This document shows positions 37,089-45,838 of a stretch of 64,000 nucleotides of DNA, one piece after another. Source of the DNA: a virus. A model generated the notes under the pieces. The model saw only the letters and a program-made list of their open reading frames with translations, searched no databases and was not told where the DNA came from. Every line of letters starts with the position of its first letter. The stretch's first letter is position 1. Location of the stretch: IMG/VR virus record IMGVR_UViG_3300024239_000355, positions 52,378-116,377 of that record. One strand, 5' to 3'. The translations under genes were made by a program, and so were the position numbers.

Positions 37089-38929
37089 CAGTTTTGGGAA
37101 TTGATTTGGGTTCTACGAATTCGTGCGTCGGAATCATTGAGAACGGTAAGTATAAAATCATAGCCAACGCAGAAGGGTCGAATACAACACCATCTATTGT
37201 TGGTTTCACAAATGACGGTATCACAGTCGGACAACCGGCCAAACGTCAGGCAGTGACCAATCCGGTAAACACGATTCATTTGTCCAAACGGCTCATCGGG
37301 CGTCGTTTTGATGATCCTTTAATCAAACAGCATCAAGCATTGATTGCGTATGAAGTTGTACCATCAGAAAATGGTGATGCATGGATACAAACTGAAAAGG
37401 GAGCATACTCCCCATCACAAATTTCAGCATATGTATTATCCAAAATGAAGTCTACTGCCGAGGATTACCTCGGACACAAAGTTTCTCAAGCAGTTATCAC
37501 CGTCCCGGCATATTTTAATGATGCACAACGACAAGCAACCAAGGACGCTGGGCGGATTGCCGGGTTGGATGTGATTAGGATAATAAATGAACCAACTGCT
37601 GCATGTTTGGCATATGGACTTGATGGTAAAAAAGAAGGAATTATCGCGGTTGTAGACCTTGGTGGATCGACGTTCGACATTTCGATCCTCGAAATTGGGG
37701 ATGGCGTGTTTGAGGTTCGCTCGACCAATGGTGACACCTTCCTTGGTGGCGAAGACTTTGATAACGCCCTGATCGACCACCTCGCGGAAGAATTCCAGAA
37801 GACCACTGGGATCGATTTGCGCAAGGACGTGCTTGCTCTACAGCGTCTTCGCGAGGCTGCCGAGAAAGCAAAGATCGAACTGTCCGGGTCCATGCAGACG
37901 GATGTCAACCTTCCGTTCATAACGGCTGACCAGACGGGTCCGAAGCATCTTCAGGTATCGATTACCCGTGCCAAATTCGAATCCCTGGTCGAACCGCTGA
38001 TCCAGCGGACCCTTGAACCATGCCGCCAAGCATTGGTGGATGCCGGGGTGTCCCTATCCCAGGTTGATGAAATTGTACTGGTCGGTGGTATGACCCGGAT
38101 GCCGCGCGTTCAGGCGGCGGTGAAGGCATTCTTCGGTAAAGAACCGCATAAGGGTGTGAACCCCGATGAAGTAGTTGCTGCTGGTGCTGCGATCCAGGCG
38201 GGTGTGCTTCAGGGGGACGTGAAAAACATCCTTTTGCTGGATGTGACACCATTGAGCCTGGGGATTGAAATTGGTGGTGGAATGTTTGCGCCGCTAATCC
38301 CACGTAATACCACGATCCCAACTAAGAAAAGCGACGTATTCACCACGGTACATGATAATCAGGACACGGTACAGATCGTTGTGTATCAAGGTGAGCGTCA
38401 GATTGCTCAACACAACAAACTCCTGGGGCAATTCCAGCTTACCGGCATTCGCCCGGCTCGTCGCGGCACTCCACAGATCGAAGTGACGTTCGATATCGAC
38501 GCCAACGGCATGGTTCATGTCTCGGCAAAGGATCGCCAAACCGGCAACGAACAGCGCATTGAAATCACCGCCAATGGTGGTTTGACCGAAGATGATATAC
38601 AGGCGATGATTCGGGACGCCGAAATTCATGCCGAAGAAGACGCGGAACGTAAAAAGGTCATTGAAGGCAAGAACATGCTTGATGGCGTGATTGCGGCGGC
38701 TGAGAATGCCGTTGAAGAGCATGGGTCGTATGTCGATGGCGCTGCGCTGGAAAGCGTCCGTTCAGCCCTGGAAAACGCCCGTGCGTTGATGGAGAACCCC
38801 AACGCCACCTCTCAGAGCATTGCGGATGCCACCCAGCAGCTTTCCGACGTAATAACCACCCTGGCAAAAACGGCGCAAGCGACCCAGGAAGTCCAGACGG
38901 GGATTATTGACGGCGAAATCGTTGGATGA
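37085..38929 (+). CDS. dnaK: Hsp70 chaperone DnaK
   Basis: [71 protein letters not shown]. Confidence 0.97.
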
Positions 38930-38973
38930 TGTATAGTATCTGGGGAGAATAACAGTTCTCCCCAGATACTCTC

Positions 38974-39285
38974 CTAATTTCGCTTTCGTGAAAATTCGAA
39001 ATAGGCGTCGTAATTTTCGCAGTACGCAGGTTTGTCGTATTTTACGGTCCATCCGGCTTTCCGGAACACGTCTTCCACATCCAACCAATGGTTATCGAAC
39101 AACTGGTCCTCGGTAATTTGGGTAGCAGCCACAATTCGCGCTACCACGTCTTTCTGTTTTATCACAGCGCGACCAGATGACAGCTTTTCAACGATCATAT
39201 CGTTGAAAGCCTTAATCACTTCATCTGGGATTGAGTGGTTTTTAAGTTTCTTCGCCTCGTCAGGCGTAATCGGTGCTACTGGCAT
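38974..39285 (-). CDS. Conserved hypothetical phage protein
   Basis: IPDEVIKAFN...WLDVEDVFRKAGWTVKYDKP; RBS GAGG. Confidence 0.6.
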   Translation of the reverse strand: MPVAPITPDEAKKLKNHSIPDEVIKAFNDMIVEKLSSGRAVIKQKDVVARIVAATQITEDQLFDNHWLDVEDVFRKAGWTVKYDKPAYCENYDAYFEFSRKRN

Positions 39286-39378
39286 TTTTACCTCGGCCAA
39301 AACTACCGGGTGATAATACCAAAGCACGCCGAATCATCAAAAAAGAAAAGGGCGGGATTTCTCCCGCCCTATCTTGGC

Positions 39379-40200
39379 TTATTCAGCCGTTTCCGGTTCT
39401 GCACCATCGAAAAGGACATCCACGCGGTTCACCACTTTACGGAATGGCGGCATTTCAATCTCTGCGATTTCACGCCGTTCAACCGGGGCAGTGGGTCGTC
39501 GTCCCTCGGGGATGCGAGCAAGAACCTCAGGGGTGAGTTCCTTGATCACGGTTCTCCGCTGAACAAACGTTCCGCGTTTAAATGCAGCCGGGTAGTCATT
39601 GAAGTTGATGCCAGCCTTAGCCCACATCATTTCCTGCATTTCTTTACCCGACTTACCGTCAAGCTCCTTGTGGGAGAAAACCGACCGAGCCGCCATCGAA
39701 ACAGCGTTTTTGGTCGCGTCTACTTCTCGCCACAGAAAAGCGTTGGCGGCTTCATTCTTCGTAGGAAGCTGGAAGATGCGACAGTCAAAAACCGGTCGCG
39801 CCTTCATCACCTTCTCTGGCCAAACTTTCATGGCTTCCATCATGAATGCCGACGTTGCCATCGCCGCCAAGATGGAGGTCATCTTGAAAATTTTTCCATC
39901 GAAGAAAACCTGCGAATCGTAGCTGTCACTGTACCAGAGAAGACTTATCTCATCCGATTGAGTGTAGCCGACGCGCGCATTGGTCGCCTCGACAAGGTAC
40001 TTTACAGTCTCGATCATGCACCGAGACATGTTCACGTCATAGGGACGCTCCATGCCTTTGGTGAACTTCGAGAAGCACTTTCCGTCAATACGAGCGTAGA
40101 TCGGGAGCAACGGAATAAACCGACGCCCAGTCTCCTGGCGTTCCAGCATTTTCATGCGGTCGCCAAAATTATCCATGCTCTTTTTTTCCACTTTCGCCAT
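39379..40200 (-). CDS. tRNA(His) guanylyltransferase / Thg1-like protein
   Basis: ARIDGKCFSKFT, YTQSDEISL, PVFDCR, WREVDATKN, GINFNDYP..FKRG motifs; RBS GGAGG. Confidence 0.9.
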   Translation of the reverse strand: MAKVEKKSMDNFGDRMKMLERQETGRRFIPLLPIYARIDGKCFSKFTKGMERPYDVNMSRCMIETVKYLVEATNARVGYTQSDEISLLWYSDSYDSQVFFDGKIFKMTSILAAMATSAFMMEAMKVWPEKVMKARPVFDCRIFQLPTKNEAANAFLWREVDATKNAVSMAARSVFSHKELDGKSGKEMQEMMWAKAGINFNDYPAAFKRGTFVQRRTVIKELTPEVLARIPEGRRPTAPVERREIAEIEMPPFRKVVNRVDVLFDGAEPETAE

Positions 40201-40214
40201 GCTGTCCTCCATAC

Positions 40215-40301
40215 GGCGGGTTAAGCATAGCTCAGCGGTAGAGTTTTAGGTCTGACCCCACGATTTCTTTTGGAAGGAAATCGCTGGTCCACTCGCCACC
40301 A
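40215..40301 (+). other. Aberrant tRNA-like sequence (acceptor stem, CCA, D arm; no canonical T arm), antisense to the Thg1-like gene leader
   Basis: GGCGGGT/ACTCGCC+ACCA; TAGCTCAGCGGTAGAG; long hairpin CGATTTCT-TTTGGAA-GGAAATCG; no GTTCRA. Confidence 0.55.
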
Positions 40302-40325
40302 GTTCTCCTTTCGGAAAACAAGTGC

Positions 40326-40354
40326 ATCATAACGTTTGGTACATACAATGTCAA
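40326..40354 (-). promoter_or_regulatory. sigma70-type promoter for the Thg1-like gene
   Basis: TTGACA-N17-TATGAT. Confidence 0.7.
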
Positions 40355-40359
40355 ATACT

Positions 40360-40492
40360 AAAAAGCCCGCCAATCGCTTGGCGGGCTTTTTCCATTTAAT
40401 CGTTTGCGGCGTTAAGGAACGGGAATTTCTTACCGTTAAGCCCGGCGCAGCATGTATTAGAAGATTAAAACCCGCCATTGGCGGGTTTTAAT
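40360..40492. terminator. Two bidirectional terminators
   Basis: AAAAGCCCGCCAA/TTGGCGGGCTTTT (~40361-40392) and AAAACCCGCCA/TGGCGGGTTTT (~40467-40490). Confidence 0.75.
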
Positions 40493-40804
40493 TTACTCGA
40501 TGTGTTCGATAGCTTTACCGGGTTCGACTGTTCGCCAATCCGGCCATTTCCGTTCTTCGTTCTTCGTCAGTTTTGCATCAAGTGCTGTTGCAATTTCTTC
40601 CGGGGAAAATCCCCGGCGCCATGCACCATCACACGCCAGAAGAATAACGTCGATCCATTCAGTAAGATCGTGGGGGTCTTTTTCAATCTCTACAATCTCT
40701 TTTCGAAGATGATCAATGACCCCATCCGTTTTTTCCCCAGGACCGAACGTGCGCTCGGAGAACGCTTTTTGACGGTATAGGTGTGCAACTAGATCGAACT
40801 GCAT
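40493..40804 (-). CDS. DUF550 / MazG-like dNTP pyrophosphohydrolase
   Basis: FSERTFGPG...GVIDHLRKEIVE...EWIDVILLA.DG.WR...KL.KNE.R.WPDW. Confidence 0.8.
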   Translation of the reverse strand: MQFDLVAHLYRQKAFSERTFGPGEKTDGVIDHLRKEIVEIEKDPHDLTEWIDVILLACDGAWRRGFSPEEIATALDAKLTKNEERKWPDWRTVEPGKAIEHIE

Positions 40805-41184
40805 TAGCGGCTAAACCCCGGACCAGTCACCCCACCAACCCCACCCGGCGTAATCGGCGGAATGGTAGATGCGACCTGAATGCTGGAAGTCAATTGGCGA
40901 TACTGCGCAGCAGCATCCGACCGTGCCTTGTCCACCGTGATGATGGCGGTCTTGCTCAACGGCAGTTTGGCATCTTCGTTTACACCGAGCATGAATGGAG
41001 CCATTGCAACCATACCCTGCCCACCATGACTACCGGCGAGAACCAGGGTCAGCGGCTTGGTAATGGTCAAATGGGTAGCACTGTCCTCAACGAAACGTGC
41101 AATCACTTCTTCACCAGACAGAAGCTTGAGAGCGACAATCTCTTCCTTCGCGAATGTCGGCGTTTTGTTCTTTTCAACTAACAT
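40804..41184 (-). CDS. Conserved T4-like hypothetical protein
   Basis: IVALKLLSGEEVIARF motif. Confidence 0.6.
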   Translation of the reverse strand: MLVEKNKTPTFAKEEIVALKLLSGEEVIARFVEDSATHLTITKPLTLVLAGSHGGQGMVAMAPFMLGVNEDAKLPLSKTAIITVDKARSDAAAQYRQLTSSIQVASTIPPITPGGVGGVTGPGFSR

Positions 41185-41497
41185 TATTCACCTTTTCAAA
41201 ATGAGCCGGGGTGTAATCATAGGCATCCGCCCCGAAAATCGATCCTAAACAAATAGCTTGCATCATCTGGTTATAGTAAATCTCCCAGAGGTCGATACCA
41301 AAATCACCTCCGAGTTTACCAGTGGGCTGGATGAAGTCGATTCCGTTACCTTCACCGGTTGCTGCGTTATAGGCAGCTTGAAGGGCAGCATCAATGTAGG
41401 TTGTAATCACCGACTTATGAGAATTACTCAATTGCGATGATTGAGCTACGAGAGCCAATATTTCTTCTGCGGTGTAAGTTTTATTATCACCTGTCAT
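41174..41497 (-). CDS. Hypothetical protein
   Basis: ORF with RBS GAGG. Confidence 0.5.
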   Translation of the reverse strand: MTGDNKTYTAEEILALVAQSSQLSNSHKSVITTYIDAALQAAYNAATGEGNGIDFIQPTGKLGGDFGIDLWEIYYNQMMQAICLGSIFGADAYDYTPAHFEKVNNVS

Positions 41498-41505
41498 ACA
41501 ATACC

Positions 41506-42705
41506 TCATACCAGTTCGAGACGTTGATTAAAAATCATCAACCGATAATCATACCCAAGGGTGCGGGTCGCATTTTCTTTGGCTTGATTTCTTTCAAGGT
41601 GTAGGAAGTATGTATAATCGCTTTTTACCTCGACAATCAATTTCTTTTCTGGAAGGTAAAAATCTGGATAATAACGACGTATCTTCCCGTCATGCTCATA
41701 CCAAATTTCCGGCATATCACCACGTCGATAAAGTATATTTTCTTCGGTTAACCCTTCATCCAACAATATCTGATACGCATATGGCTCATAACCCTGTAGA
41801 CGGAGCAATTTTCCAGAGGGTGTTATATAGTCACGATGTCGGAATGCAGCGTGTAATACTTTTTCCGCGATATCAGGGTCATGCATATAATGATCCACAC
41901 CATAGCGTTCACGGCATGTCTGCTGGAATTTAGCTCGCACGTCAGGTGATTGGGCGGGGTATTCAACACCGAAATGTTCATGTGAGGTTGACCGCGCTTT
42001 CGCCCGCATTTCTTCTGACTGCATGGTGTATTCAACGCCATACCGTTCCATGTGAGTCTTTCTATACTTTTCTTGAACATCTGGATGAGACGTTGCACTT
42101 TCAAACCCATATTTCTCAAGACATGTTGCTCGCATCTTTGCTTGAACATCAGGAAGTCCAGTGACGTATTCAGTGCCAAATTTTTCTAAACATGTCTGAC
42201 GCATCCGCGACTGTACATCCCCCAAATGGGTTGCACGGGTTGCCCCGTACCGTTCGAGGTGCGTTTGATCGCAACGAGTCTTCCCCATTTCAGTCTGCAT
42301 AATATTATCTGCACCATAGCGATCACGTTGTGTCTGTCGCGACTTCGCAAGAAAAACCTCGGATTGCATATTATGCTCAACCCCATGCCGTTCAACCATG
42401 ATGGCTGACCGGCGTTCTTGGAAACCGTCTGCTTGAAATGGGTTCTCAACACCATATTTCTGAATATTGGTTTGTTTTGTTTTTTCTCGTACATCAGCGC
42501 GTTGTTGGTGGGTTTCTACCCCATACTTTGCAAGGTTGTTTTTTCGTTTCTTCTCTATTGTTCCGGGGCAACTTGCGTGAGCATTACAACAGCACCATTT
42601 CAGTTGTTTTGTGATTTGCCAATGCGCAGGTTGCCCACATCCGTATTCACAAATACGAGTGGCGGTTTCGTGATAGATTGGTTTCTGAGTGTTATATTTT
42701 GCCAT
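41506..42705 (-). CDS. Putative endonuclease: about ten 23-aa (K/R)YG repeats plus C-terminal PD-(D/E)xK domain
   Basis: Repeats K..QT..E(K/R)YG.....Q...; YYPDFYL...IVEVKS. Confidence 0.7.
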   Translation of the reverse strand: MAKYNTQKPIYHETATRICEYGCGQPAHWQITKQLKWCCCNAHASCPGTIEKKRKNNLAKYGVETHQQRADVREKTKQTNIQKYGVENPFQADGFQERRSAIMVERHGVEHNMQSEVFLAKSRQTQRDRYGADNIMQTEMGKTRCDQTHLERYGATRATHLGDVQSRMRQTCLEKFGTEYVTGLPDVQAKMRATCLEKYGFESATSHPDVQEKYRKTHMERYGVEYTMQSEEMRAKARSTSHEHFGVEYPAQSPDVRAKFQQTCRERYGVDHYMHDPDIAEKVLHAAFRHRDYITPSGKLLRLQGYEPYAYQILLDEGLTEENILYRRGDMPEIWYEHDGKIRRYYPDFYLPEKKLIVEVKSDYTYFLHLERNQAKENATRTLGYDYRLMIFNQRLELV

Positions 42706-42717
42706 TCGTCACCTATG

Positions 42718-42751
42718 TAAATACCCCTGTGAGAAATCACAGGGGTATTTA
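42718..42751 (-). promoter_or_regulatory. Perfect 15-bp hairpin bounded by inverted TAAATA motifs upstream of the repeat endonuclease
   Basis: TAAATACCCCTGTGA-GAAA-TCACAGGGGTATTTA. Confidence 0.7.
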
Positions 42752-42774
42752 TCATTCGTGGGTGTCCATTTGAT

Positions 42775-45180
42775 TTATGCTACATCGGTTGATGAAGCTT
42801 TTTCTTCGTTGAAGTCGATAGGACAACCACCGGCTGAAGAGCAATCAATGTGTTCGAAACCAATGTCTTCGGACATTGCCTGCTGGATGGCATTGGCAAA
42901 CTTTTCGAACTCGGTCTTCGTTACGGCTTCCTCTGGGGTATATTCGAACGCCGCCATGTTGATCTGAGGCATGACCGAGCAGCAGCGAACCTTGCTCTGA
43001 TGTTCACGGAGCGAATCCGCAAACGACTTGTAGTCCACCAGTTCAGGCTTGTACTTGAGAGTGTAGCTGATCTGGTTGCCGTAGTTGTCCGACGCAGGAA
43101 CACCCTGCTCGTCCGTACCATGTATCCAGAACTTCTCACCTAGCATCAGCCAGGAATACTGTTCATCCGGAGTCGCCTCACCAGCCATAACCAACTTCTC
43201 ACCCATACCGAGCGAAGCAATGGTCGGTTCAGTCGGGAAGCCAACAATAACGGTACCCTCGTACTGCTTGAGCGCACGGGTCGGATAACCGTTCTTCTTG
43301 TACTGCTCCACCAACGGATCATCGTTGCGGAACTGCACCCAACGCATGTACCACGCCAGAGCGGGCAAGTGCCAACCCTCGGTCAGCCCAAACAACTTGG
43401 ACGTGGTGCCAGCGGGCTTAATCGTGGTCATGGTGTGCGGCACCTTGACACCCAGCACACCGGCATAACGGATCGCCTCTTCCTTGACGGAACGATTGAA
43501 GCGAGCCATCGTCAGCCAGAACGCCAGCGGCTTGGCAGCCTCAATCTTCGCCTGCGGCCAACCATCGACATATTCGATATCGGCAGCCGTAGCGACGACC
43601 TTGCCGCCTTCGACCACGTTACCGGACACCGGATCGACCTTGATCACGTCGCGGAAACCCAGACCGAAGAACTTGAAGGCGAATTCGTGGACACCGGTCA
43701 TGCCGACGCCGATACGGTTGGTGCGCTCGACTTCCTTCTTGTACAGGGAGTCCATGGTGTTGACGCGCATTAGCGCACGCACCGCGACACGGAATGCCTC
43801 ATCAGCCTCGTCCAGGGTCTCGGCATGGAAGGGAACCACGTCCGCAATCACACAGTAACCGCCCAGGATGTTCAGGGCAATCTCACCGCAAGGATTGGTG
43901 ATGGTGTGGTACTTCTTTGACTTCGCCTTCTTGGCAAGACGACCCAAGTAGATTTGGGTGTCGTCGTTGACCTTGTACTTGGCAGACTCAACAAAGTCAC
44001 CACGGTTAAGGTCTGCCCATCCGTCATCCTTCTGCACCAGTTTGTGGGCATTGATGATGCCCGGCTCACCAGTACCATCACCATACGCAGCCTGTGACAG
44101 CAGCTTCCACACCTTACGGGCATGCTGTGCATCAGCAGTCATGTACTCTTCGGTGCCACGTTTCAGTTCCAGCAGCTTCCAGAACTCATCGTCAACCATG
44201 ACAGAGTTGTTGGACGACCACAAAAAGCCCATAGGCGCAATCTTCGCCTGCTCACGGTAGGCAATCACATCCTCGAACGACTTACCGCTATACTCAATCG
44301 GGCGCTTGATCAGGATAAATTCAGCGATGGTAGGATCGCGCCACCATTTAGTCGCCATACGAGCCGCACGGCGGGCACCACCGACCAGAACACATTCCGC
44401 AAAATAGTGGTCGATGTACATGGCTTGCAGCCACTTGGACAGACCGGCACCACGCAGCGACGCTGCCTTCAGGAAGGCATTCATCAGTGGTACAGGACCG
44501 GACGCCGGGCGGTTCTGCATACCTCCAATCGGGGCACCCTTCGGGCGGACTTCGGAGAAATCGAGAATCAGCAGCTTATCTTTATGAATTTTCTCAAACG
44601 CGGCATTTTCCCAGAGTTCCAGTGCCTTTGCCCAACCCTCACGGCTGTCTGGCACTTTGAACCACATCACGTCGCGACCAGTACCGTACTTGTGCTTGGC
44701 GTCGCGGACGCTTTCGTGTGCCGACCAGTCAAAATCCGGATGAGTGTGATCAATAACACAACGAATAGCAGGCGCATTATCCCAGTCAACCAGCATCATG
44801 TCGTCATCGTAGCAACGACCGACACCACTGCCGTTCAACAGCAGATAGAATTCGACAAAGCTCGATGCGCTGGTGGCGCAGTTGGTGAACACTTCCATAT
44901 TACGGAAGGGCTGGTTCTCATCACCATGCTGAAGGTGACGACCAGACATCAGCAAACTAGCATTGGCAATGTGCTTCCGAAGAAGCGAATATTCAGCCTG
45001 CTGTTCATCCTTTGTTCGCGCCAAAAGTGAATTACCGAGAGCAACACGGCTGGCAACATCGCCCCAATTTTCAAGGGTACCATCTTCTTTCTTGCGTAGG
45101 ATAGTGCGCTCGGCAACTGCCTGACCCATCCCAGGGTGCAATTCCCGATATTCATTCTTGATAACTCTAAGTTCCGCCAT
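42775..45180 (-). CDS. nrdJ: Class II (B12-dependent) ribonucleotide reductase
   Basis: FTNCA, GSGVG, GGARRAA, TNPCGE (thiyl Cys), RIGVG, TTIKPAGTTS, C-terminal C....GC redox pair; no ATP cone seen. Confidence 0.9.
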   Translation of the reverse strand: MAELRVIKNEYRELHPGMGQAVAERTILRKKEDGTLENWGDVASRVALGNSLLARTKDEQQAEYSLLRKHIANASLLMSGRHLQHGDENQPFRNMEVFTNCATSASSFVEFYLLLNGSGVGRCYDDDMMLVDWDNAPAIRCVIDHTHPDFDWSAHESVRDAKHKYGTGRDVMWFKVPDSREGWAKALELWENAAFEKIHKDKLLILDFSEVRPKGAPIGGMQNRPASGPVPLMNAFLKAASLRGAGLSKWLQAMYIDHYFAECVLVGGARRAARMATKWWRDPTIAEFILIKRPIEYSGKSFEDVIAYREQAKIAPMGFLWSSNNSVMVDDEFWKLLELKRGTEEYMTADAQHARKVWKLLSQAAYGDGTGEPGIINAHKLVQKDDGWADLNRGDFVESAKYKVNDDTQIYLGRLAKKAKSKKYHTITNPCGEIALNILGGYCVIADVVPFHAETLDEADEAFRVAVRALMRVNTMDSLYKKEVERTNRIGVGMTGVHEFAFKFFGLGFRDVIKVDPVSGNVVEGGKVVATAADIEYVDGWPQAKIEAAKPLAFWLTMARFNRSVKEEAIRYAGVLGVKVPHTMTTIKPAGTTSKLFGLTEGWHLPALAWYMRWVQFRNDDPLVEQYKKNGYPTRALKQYEGTVIVGFPTEPTIASLGMGEKLVMAGEATPDEQYSWLMLGEKFWIHGTDEQGVPASDNYGNQISYTLKYKPELVDYKSFADSLREHQSKVRCCSVMPQINMAAFEYTPEEAVTKTEFEKFANAIQQAMSEDIGFEHIDCSSAGGCPIDFNEEKASSTDVA

Positions 45181-45370
45181 CTCACATACTCTCCATTCTC
45201 GTACTTAACCTCACCGACGCAATGCCTCAACAATCCAAAACGGTATTGGAACCAATTGCATAGTTGGTGAATATTCAGATTTGACCAGTTGGCTGGGTGG
45301 TTTATTTAGATATACGTCTTTGCCATAATGTAGGTGGTTTTTATACACCCATCTAAAACAAAGGAGCAAT

Positions 45371-45835
45371 TTATTTCCGGTTTGTTCTCACATAGATTCC
45401 ATCCACGAAAGTATAGGTTTCCATGCGATCCACTTTGTTCCCAAGGGTATTGACGGCAACAATACCACCCAGGGCATAGTTCAGAACCCATTGATTATCA
45501 GCGACAACCACGATGAAAATTCCCTGTTCTTCGTCTTTGATCAACTCTAGCTGCAAACGACCATCCCACCGTTGATCGGTGACATACAATAGGGTGTGAT
45601 ACATACAGATCGCGACCCCGGTCGCACACAACTGCCCTTCATGTATCAGTTGCCATGGTTCAGGCCAATTTTTTGGTTGATCCCAATCCACATAGAATTG
45701 GACAAGTGGAATATCTGACCAATATTTTGCGACCAACGTCAATTGCTGGTCATCGGACAAATTAGACGTAAGTGTATCCCGAAAACGTTTCCATTCACGA
45801 AAGCGTTTAGATGGGGGAATATTAAGGATGGTCAT
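45371..45835 (-). CDS. Conserved hypothetical protein
   Basis: ORF in the late operon between the tail-like gene and nrdJ. Confidence 0.6.
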   Translation of the reverse strand: MTILNIPPSKRFREWKRFRDTLTSNLSDDQQLTLVAKYWSDIPLVQFYVDWDQPKNWPEPWQLIHEGQLCATGVAICMYHTLLYVTDQRWDGRLQLELIKDEEQGIFIVVVADNQWVLNYALGGIVAVNTLGNKVDRMETYTFVDGIYVRTNRK

Positions 45836-45838
45836 GAA

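Noticed and set aside
40392-40466. Short GC-rich segment between two terminators as a small RNA
   Set aside because: Only a weak AACGG/CCGTT stem, no clear promoter and no second copy.
28509-45180. Introns or inteins in tuf, dnaK or nrdJ
   Set aside because: All three are continuous, of normal length and lack splice motifs; the nucleases lie outside the genes.
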